A stretch of 24,000 bases of DNA from Actinomycetota bacterium (GTDB lineage: Bacteria; Actinomycetota; Actinomycetes; Streptomycetales; Catenulisporaceae), in contig JBKOWZ010000021.1 of NCBI GenBank assembly GCA_046724665.1, forward strand, positions 1-24,000, written 5' to 3'. Positions 8,207 to 13,807 of this stretch are shown piece by piece (positions within the stretch are counted from its first letter, which is position 1; each line of letters starts with the position of its first letter). The position numbers and the translations under genes are program-made. The notes under the pieces were generated by a model. It made no database searches. It saw only the letters and a program-made list of their open reading frames with translations, and was not told the DNA's origin.

Positions 8207-9073
8207 TCAGCGGATCGGGACGACGGCCACCGGCGTCGGCGAGTGTGATAACAGGCCCTGCGCGACGTAACCAGCGCCGACCGACAGTGAGCTGCGCTTG
8301 CGATGTGCGCCGATAACCACCAGCCGCGCGTCACGCGGCGCTTCGATCAGCATCGGCACGGCGTTGCCGCGCATCGTGCTGACGCCGACCTTGACGTGAG
8401 GGTACTCCTCCCGCAGCCCCCTGATCAGCGCCTCGGCCTGCTCGGCCTGATGGCGTTCGGTGAGGTCGATGTCCTCCAGGTAGTAGCCGCCGTAGGTCAC
8501 GCGCGGCCACCAGGCACGCACCACGGTGAGCATCGCGCCGAGCGCCGACGCGGTCTGGAAGGCGAACCGGATCGGCGCTTCGGCCTGGTCCGGCTCGACG
8601 CCGAGGACGATCTCGTTGTACGGATCGGCGATCTGTGCGCCGCGCACCACGACCGCCGGGCCGTGCGCGTGCGCGGCGAGCTTGAGACTGACCGAGCCGA
8701 GCAGCAGGCCGGCGAAACCGCCGTGGCCGCGAGTGCCGGTCACCACGAGGTCTGGTTCCCCGCTCAGCGCGATCAACGTCTCCGGTGCACTCGCGTCGGA
8801 CAGTTCGCTGTCCAACGGCACGCCGGGAAACCGCTCACGCATCACGCTGACGACACGGCCGAGCAGCGCGGCACCGTCATCGCGGCGCGCTTGGGTGTAC
8901 CCGACCGCTTCGGAGTAGACGCTGGTTGCGCCGAGGTCGAGCGCGTGCACGACCAGCACCGGCACGTGCAGGTCAGCCGCCTGGCGCGCCGCCCAGAGCG
9001 CGGCGTGCAGCGCGTTGTCGGAGGAGTCGACGCCGACGACGATGCGCCGCGGCGTCAAGGGGCTCTGTGTCAT
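8207..9073 (-). CDS. Universal stress protein, tandem UspA domains
   Basis: Motifs are RIVVGVDSSDNALHAALWAARQA...VLVVHAL, LVVTGTRGHGGFAGLLLGSVSLKLAAHAHGPAVVV, and a second repeat LVVIGAHRK.... I preferred ATG 9073 (GAGG upstream) to the in-frame GTG at 9082 used by the track. Confidence 0.9.
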   Translation of the reverse strand: MTQSPLTPRRIVVGVDSSDNALHAALWAARQAADLHVPVLVVHALDLGATSVYSEAVGYTQARRDDGAALLGRVVSVMRERFPGVPLDSELSDASAPETLIALSGEPDLVVTGTRGHGGFAGLLLGSVSLKLAAHAHGPAVVVRGAQIADPYNEIVLGVEPDQAEAPIRFAFQTASALGAMLTVVRAWWPRVTYGGYYLEDIDLTERHQAEQAEALIRGLREEYPHVKVGVSTMRGNAVPMLIEAPRDARLVVIGAHRKRSSLSVGAGYVAQGLLSHSPTPVAVVPIR

Positions 9074-9100
9074 CGCAGCCACCTCGATCGTGAAATCGGA

Positions 9101-9616
9101 TCAGATGCCCGAGTAAGGCCGGCCGTGCAACTCAGGCCGTTGTTCTTCCAGTTCCCGTAGGGGATCCCACTGGCCACGGCCGCGCCAGCGGTGCGGACGG
9201 CGCACGGCGCGCGACATCTCCGGCGCTGGGACGGCGAGCACCGGGCAGCGAGCATGCCGAATGACGGCGCGCGAGACCGAGCCGGACCAGAACGCGTGCC
9301 ACGCACCCTTGCCGCTGGCGCCGACCACGATCAGGTCCTGCGGATCGGCGGCGGCCGCGCACAGCGCTTCGCTGATCGAGAGCCAGGAGACCCGCAACTC
9401 GACCTGGACGTCGGCGGGAATCACACCGAGCGCGTCCAGGAAAGCCGTTGCCATCGCGGTGGAATCCACGCACGCGATCCCGGTGGTGCGCGTGCGCACG
9501 CCGAGCAGCGGCATCCTGCGGCGGCGCGCCTCGGCGACGGCGGCGCGGATGGCGGCCAGACCGGACAGCGAGCCGTCGACACCGACCACCACACGTGGGT
9601 GCTCGTACTCGTTCAT
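9101..9616 (-). CDS. Universal stress protein (single, divergent Usp domain)
   Basis: The start is ATG 9616 (MNEYEHPRVVVGVDGSLSGLAAIRAAVAEA...) with a strong AAGGAG SD upstream. A further motif is LIVVGASGKGAWHAFWSGSVSRAVIRHARCPVLAVP. The track start at 9715 adds 33 implausible codons. Confidence 0.85.
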   Translation of the reverse strand: MNEYEHPRVVVGVDGSLSGLAAIRAAVAEARRRRMPLLGVRTRTTGIACVDSTAMATAFLDALGVIPADVQVELRVSWLSISEALCAAAADPQDLIVVGASGKGAWHAFWSGSVSRAVIRHARCPVLAVPAPEMSRAVRRPHRWRGRGQWDPLRELEEQRPELHGRPYSGI

Positions 9617-9929
9617 TGTGTGGGCTCCTTGCATACTGCCGCGCCAGCCTGTGTATGGCCTTCGCGCGGATCGGCAATCTTCGATGGTTGTCTGTTTTGG
9701 CCATTGCTTTCTCACTCTTCAGTGTCACGTTGCTGTCGGATGATGGACACGGTCGTACGTCCCGCCGAGGTCAGCCGGAAGACCTTTGTGGATGGCCACC
9801 TCACGACCGCGACCCGCTACGCGATGCGTCCGAGTCGGCCGTGCTCGGCCGATTTGGCAGAGAGTCAGAAGAACGGCGTAGCCGTACTCGTGGAATGAGA
9901 TACAGGGGCGCTCGGTCGGCGGCTCGTTG

Positions 9930-9959
9930 TTAGCACTCGGCCACCCGGACTGCTAGAGT
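9930..9959 (+). promoter_or_regulatory. Candidate sigma70-type promoter: TTAGCA - 18 nt - TAGAGT
   Basis: TAGAGT (9954-9959) fits the actinomycete TAnnnT / TAGAPuT -10 box. TTAGCA (9930-9935) matches TTGACA at 4 of 6 positions. The predicted start near A9966 coincides with an ATG. This is sequence pattern only. Confidence 0.3.
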
Positions 9960-9965
9960 TCCGGT

Positions 9966-10363
9966 ATGCGGACGTCCCCGCTACAAGCAGGGACGGGACA
10001 CTTCGCGGCGACGTTTGCCGCTCCGGGGTTCGCGAAGCTTACTCGGGAGTAACCCCTCTATCGAGACAGCCTGAATACTGACTGTGGTTGAGGGCCTGTC
10101 TAACCCTTTGTTCCACAAGATGTAGCAGAGGAATCCATGCGAGCCTCCACACCTAGTAGTCCGTAAGTGCGGGACTGTCGGTGGTCGCGGCTACCATGGC
10201 GACAATTAACCGAAAGACCCCGGCTCATCGGGTGTCTAGACCGAGAACCAGGGCCTTTCTTGCGTTTGGGACGCGCAGTAACCCTACAGTGCGGCGGAAT
10301 GATCCCGCCACATCCTCTCGGCAGACGCCCTGTGTTGTTCAGGGCCAAGACGTGAGGATATAT
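9966..10363 (+). other. Long AT-richer, hairpin-rich untranslated leader / candidate cis-regulatory or non-coding RNA upstream of the orphan gene
   Basis: No credible CDS on either strand. At least eight short helices can be read by eye (coordinates in findings), including a mutually exclusive pair. I recognised no known RNA family signature. Confidence 0.35.
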
Positions 10364-11236
10364 ATGTCTCAGGATGTCATCGACATTCCGGCCACACCTG
10401 CTGCTGAGCAGGTCGGCGCACTGCGTGAATTGCGCGTGCTGGCCGGATGGCTCTCGCCGGAGGAAGCTGTTCCGACGCTGCTGAGCTACCCGGGAGCGGC
10501 ACCCGAGGAGGCGCACGCCACGGCGGCCAAGCACGCGGCGCTCCGCGCTGCCGTGATCGCTCGCGGGGCCGCTGCGCTGGAGTCCCCGATCGTGTCTGGA
10601 GATCGGACCTTTCTCGATGCGGTGGCGAGCCGCCCGGAGGTGCACGCTGCCTTCTCGCCGCGTCCGATCCGCATCGAGTGGGTCGATCTGACCCGTGTCA
10701 TCGCTGTCCAGAAGCTCGTGTTCACCGACGGCATGGACGACAGGGTCGCCGCCGCAGCCACTAACGAGTCCGCTCTGGTGGAGCTCTGCCTGCCCTCGCA
10801 GCCGGCGATGTCCCCGGTCACCGTCTCGCAGGACAACGACGGGCGCGGCTTCACGTTCAGCTCGACGGATCCGAACCTGCGCCTCCACGGGGCTCAGGTG
10901 GTCGACGGTGCGGTGACCTTCATCGTCGGGACGGGATCTCCGTTCCTCTCGGTGGCGAGTTACCAGGGGTACCACTACCTGCAGAACGGATATCACCGCA
11001 CGGCGGGCCTGCTGCGGCGCGGATTGACGGTGGTGCCGGCAGTCGTCGTGGAGAACTCGGCTTACGACTTCCCCGGTGGCCGTGGAGCCCCGCAGTTCGG
11101 ACCCGAGATCCTCGCTGCGGCCGTGCCTCCGCTGCTCACTGACTACTGGGATGAAACGGTGGCGGCGGGCTCGTTCCGGTCGTACGCGAGTAAGAATCTG
11201 CGCGTGCGGGCTGAGGAGTTCATGACGCCGCGCTGA
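10364..11236 (+). CDS. Hypothetical protein, 290 aa, with a C-terminal ParB/sulfiredoxin-fold-like motif
   Basis: ATG 10364 has GAGGA 5 nt upstream. The frame is open to TGA 11236 with periodic G/C third positions, though more A/T-ending codons than its neighbours. The motif YHYLQNGYHRTAGLLRRGLTVVPAVVV resembles the DGhHR...G...vPv.v core of ParB-like nuclease/Srx domains. The rest is unrecognised. Confidence 0.6.
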   Translation: MSQDVIDIPATPAAEQVGALRELRVLAGWLSPEEAVPTLLSYPGAAPEEAHATAAKHAALRAAVIARGAAALESPIVSGDRTFLDAVASRPEVHAAFSPRPIRIEWVDLTRVIAVQKLVFTDGMDDRVAAAATNESALVELCLPSQPAMSPVTVSQDNDGRGFTFSSTDPNLRLHGAQVVDGAVTFIVGTGSPFLSVASYQGYHYLQNGYHRTAGLLRRGLTVVPAVVVENSAYDFPGGRGAPQFGPEILAAAVPPLLTDYWDETVAAGSFRSYASKNLRVRAEEFMTPR

Positions 11237-11275
11237 TCGACCGCTCAGGGCCGATTAGCGACCAGAAGCAGCAAA

Positions 11276-11305
11276 GGTGCCGGGCGGGTGCTCCTGCCCG
11301 GCACC
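11276..11305. terminator. Bidirectional intrinsic-terminator-like hairpin between convergent genes
   Basis: GGTGCCGGGC (11276-11285) and GCCCGGCACC (11296-11305) form a perfect 10-bp GC-rich stem around a 10-nt loop. The hairpin lies between the stop at 11236 (+) and the hypE stop at 11310 (-). There is no clear U-tract, which is common in high-GC actinomycetes. Confidence 0.6.
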
Positions 11306-11309
11306 AGCG

Positions 11310-12401
11310 CTAGCAGATGCGGGGTAGTTGTTCGCCGACGAGCATGTCGATGATGCGGTAGGCGCCGACGAGCGTGTGGAGCGCGACGCGACCGGGGTGG
11401 TGGGCGATGACTGTGCCGATGCGTACGGCCTGTGCGCCTTCCGGGCGGGCGCGCATCGCGGCGAGTACGGCGTCGGCGTGTACCGGGTGGACGAAGGCCA
11501 CGGCGCAGCCCTCGTTGGCCACGTGCAGGGGGTCGAGGCCGAGTAGGTCGCAGGCTGCTGCGACGACCGGCGGGATCGGGATCGCGTTTTCCTCGATCAG
11601 GATGCCGACGTCCGAGGACTGCGCGAGTTCGTTGAGGGCGGAGGCGAGGCCGCCTCGGGTCGGGTCGCGTAGGGCGTGCAGGTTGGGACCGGCCGTGTCG
11701 AGCATGGCTTGGACGAGGCGGTGCAGCGGCCTGGTGTCCGAGTGCAGCTCGGGGTCGGCGTCGAAGCCGAGGTCTTCGCGTGCGGCCAGCACGGTGACGC
11801 CGTGCAGGCCGATGGGACCGGAGAGCAGGACGGCGTCGCCGAGCTGGATCGCGGTGGCGGCGCAGCGGGCCCGCGGCGAGCGGCGGCCGAATCCGGTGGT
11901 GGTGATGAACAGTTTGTCCGCGCCGCCGCGTCCGACGACCTTGGTGTCCCCGGTGACGACGGGCACGTCGGCCGCCTCGGCGGCCTTTCCGATCGATGTG
12001 ACGATGCGGCGCAGGTCGGCCAGCGGGAAGCCTTCTTCGATGATGAGCGCTATGGCGAGGGCGAGGGGTTGTGCGCCGCGCATCGCCAGGTCGTTGATCG
12101 TTCCGTGTACGGCGAGGGTGCCGATGTCGCCGCCGGGGAACTCGAGGGGATCGACGACGTACGAGTCCGTGGTCAGCACGGCGTTGGCGGCTTCGGTGGG
12201 TGTCGCGAGCGGGCCGAGGTCGATGATCGCGGCGTCGTCGAGGCAGATTTCCGCCGCTGCGGCGCCGAGGGCGGGCACGATGAGGTCGCGCAGCAGTTGG
12301 GCGGAGAGCTGGCCGCCGGAGCCGTGGCCGAGCAGCACGCGTTCGTGTTCGGCGTGTGGCAGCGGGCAGGTGGCCTGGACGGGGTCGTTGATGACTGACA
12401 T
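11310..12401 (-). CDS. hypE: [NiFe]-hydrogenase maturation protein HypE (carbamoyl dehydratase)
   Basis: 363 aa. N-terminus is CPLPHAEHERVLLGHGSGG, the body is AIR-synthase-like, and the diagnostic C-terminus ends ...GEQLPRIC. GAAGGAGG SD lies upstream. Confidence 0.95.
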   Translation of the reverse strand: MSVINDPVQATCPLPHAEHERVLLGHGSGGQLSAQLLRDLIVPALGAAAAEICLDDAAIIDLGPLATPTEAANAVLTTDSYVVDPLEFPGGDIGTLAVHGTINDLAMRGAQPLALAIALIIEEGFPLADLRRIVTSIGKAAEAADVPVVTGDTKVVGRGGADKLFITTTGFGRRSPRARCAATAIQLGDAVLLSGPIGLHGVTVLAAREDLGFDADPELHSDTRPLHRLVQAMLDTAGPNLHALRDPTRGGLASALNELAQSSDVGILIEENAIPIPPVVAAACDLLGLDPLHVANEGCAVAFVHPVHADAVLAAMRARPEGAQAVRIGTVIAHHPGRVALHTLVGAYRIIDMLVGEQLPRIC

Positions 12402-12411
12402 GGTGCCTCCT

Positions 12412-13548
12412 TCACCTGCGATTCAGGGTGCTGGTCAGGTCGGCCGCGGCGGGCTCGGTGGATGGCTTGCGTCCTGCGGTGTAGTAGGCGGCGCAGGTGC
12501 CCTCGCCGGACACCATCGGCGCACCGAGCGGTCTGCGCGGGGTGCAGTCCGTGCCGTATGCGGCGCAGTCGGTCGGCAGCGAGCGGCCGGTGAGGATGCG
12601 TCCGGCGATGCAGCGCGGTTCCTCGATCGCGTGGACGTCCCCGGTGCCGAAGCGTCGTTCGGCGTCGAAGGGTGCGTACGCGTCGGCCAGTGTCAGTCCG
12701 CTGGCTGGGATCTGCCCGATGCCGCGCCAGGTGCGGTCGGTGAGCCGGAAGACGCGGCGGATCGCGTCCTGCGCGGTCGTGTTGCCGGTGCGGCGCACGG
12801 CGCGGGCGTACTGGTTCTCGACCTCGGCGCGGCCTTCCTCCAGCTGCCGCACGGCCATGAGGATGCCTTCGAGCAGGTCCAAGGGTTCGAAGCCGGTGAC
12901 CACGATGGGCACCCGGTACTTCGCGGCCAGCGGCGCGTACTCGGTCCAGCCCATCACCGCGCACACGTGCCCAGCCGCGAGAAATGCCTGCACCTCGCAG
13001 TCCTCGGATTCCAGGATCGCGGTCATCGCCGGCGGCACCAGCACGTGGCTGACCAGCACCGAGAAGTTCAGCAGCCCGAGGCGCTCGGCGACCAGGACGG
13101 CGCCGGCGTTGGCGGGGGCGGTGGTCTCGAAGCCGATGGCGAAGAAGACGACCTGCCGGTCGGGGTTGTCCTGCGCGAGGCACACCGCGTCCATCGGCGA
13201 ATAGACGACCCGCACGTCGGCCCCTGCCGCGCGCAGTTGCGCGAGCGACGTGATCGAGCCGGGCACCCGCAGCATGTCGCCGAACGACGCGAAGATCACC
13301 TCGGGGCGGGCCGCGATCGCCAGGGCCTTGTCGATGGTTTCAAGCGGGGTGACGCAGACAGGGCAGCCCGGTCCGTGGATCATCCGGATTCCGGCGGGCA
13401 GCAGTTCGTCGATGCCCTGGCGCACCAGGGTGTGGGTCTGGCCGCCGCAGACCTCCATGATCCGCCACGGCTGCGTGGCCACGGCGCGGACCTCGGCCAG
13501 CAGCCGCTTCGCCAGCGCCGGGTCGCGGTACTCGTCAAGATACTTCAT
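12412..13548 (-). CDS. hypD: [NiFe]-hydrogenase maturation protein HypD
   Basis: 378 aa, [17 protein letters not shown]..., with motifs [10 protein letters not shown] and [10 protein letters not shown]. The start overlaps the hypC stop (ATGA at 13545-13548). Confidence 0.95.
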   Translation of the reverse strand: MKYLDEYRDPALAKRLLAEVRAVATQPWRIMEVCGGQTHTLVRQGIDELLPAGIRMIHGPGCPVCVTPLETIDKALAIAARPEVIFASFGDMLRVPGSITSLAQLRAAGADVRVVYSPMDAVCLAQDNPDRQVVFFAIGFETTAPANAGAVLVAERLGLLNFSVLVSHVLVPPAMTAILESEDCEVQAFLAAGHVCAVMGWTEYAPLAAKYRVPIVVTGFEPLDLLEGILMAVRQLEEGRAEVENQYARAVRRTGNTTAQDAIRRVFRLTDRTWRGIGQIPASGLTLADAYAPFDAERRFGTGDVHAIEEPRCIAGRILTGRSLPTDCAAYGTDCTPRRPLGAPMVSGEGTCAAYYTAGRKPSTEPAAADLTSTLNRR

Positions 13549-13802
13549 CGCAGCGGCTCCCCGAGTTCCTGGGCGACCTGGTCGCCCATCGCGCGCAGCA
13601 CGTCCAGCGTGCGCAGCGCTTCGGCTTCATCGACCCGGGCGATGGCGAATCCGACGTGCACGATCACGTACTCGCCGGTCGCCGCCTGCGGGATGTAAGC
13701 GAGGCAGGCCTCCTTGCGTACGCCGCCGTAGTCGACCAGCGCGGTCGCGAACGGGTCGGTGTCGCGGATCTGCACGATCTTTCCGGGAATGCCCAGGCAC
13801 AT
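13545..13802 (-). CDS. hypC: [NiFe]-hydrogenase assembly chaperone HypC/HupF family
   Basis: 85 aa starting [12 protein letters not shown]..., the canonical N-terminal Cys after Met. The track ORF extension to 14135 overlaps hypF and is rejected. Confidence 0.9.
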   Translation of the reverse strand: MCLGIPGKIVQIRDTDPFATALVDYGGVRKEACLAYIPQAATGEYVIVHVGFAIARVDEAEALRTLDVLRAMGDQVAQELGEPLR

Positions 13803-13807
13803 GCCGC

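Noticed and set aside
9740-9898. 52-codon plus-strand ORF (MMDTVVRPAEVSRKTFVDGHLTTATRYAMRPSRPCSADLAESQKNGVAVLVE) in the non-coding stretch
   Set aside because: It has no SD, mixed codon bias, no recognisable motif and no partner features. It cannot be distinguished from chance. I keep it only as something ribosome profiling could revisit.
10160-10210. Resemblance of GGTGGTCGCGGCTACC to the T-box element (GGGTGGTACCGCG), and of CTAGACCGAGAACCAGGG to guanidine/ykkC-like segments
   Set aside because: The matches are partial and out of register. The other conserved elements of these riboswitches (specifier or Stem I features, ACGR/GGGA boxes) are absent, and the downstream gene is not of the regulated class.
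10181-10363. In-frame N-terminal extension of the orphan gene (track start 10181), and the 62-aa ORF 10167-10355
   Set aside because: The third-codon-position G/C bias is lost in this stretch. A good SD (GAGGA) plus ATG lies at 10364. The extension is basic and low-complexity (RKTPAHRVSRPRTRAF...).
9617-11305. Possibility that the wedge is a mobile element, prophage remnant or CRISPR/retron locus
   Set aside because: I saw no transposase, integrase or reverse transcriptase, no terminal inverted or direct flanking repeats, no tRNA attachment site and no spaced repeat array. Only the atypical composition supports foreign origin, so no mobile_element feature is called.
11374-13698. 774-aa ORF on the plus strand, the longest in this region
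   Set aside because: It lies entirely antisense to hypE and hypD, which carry unambiguous family motifs (PRIC terminus, GPGCPVC). Its translation is Arg/Ala/Ser/Pro-rich and low-complexity with no motif, which is typical of open antisense frames in very high-GC DNA.
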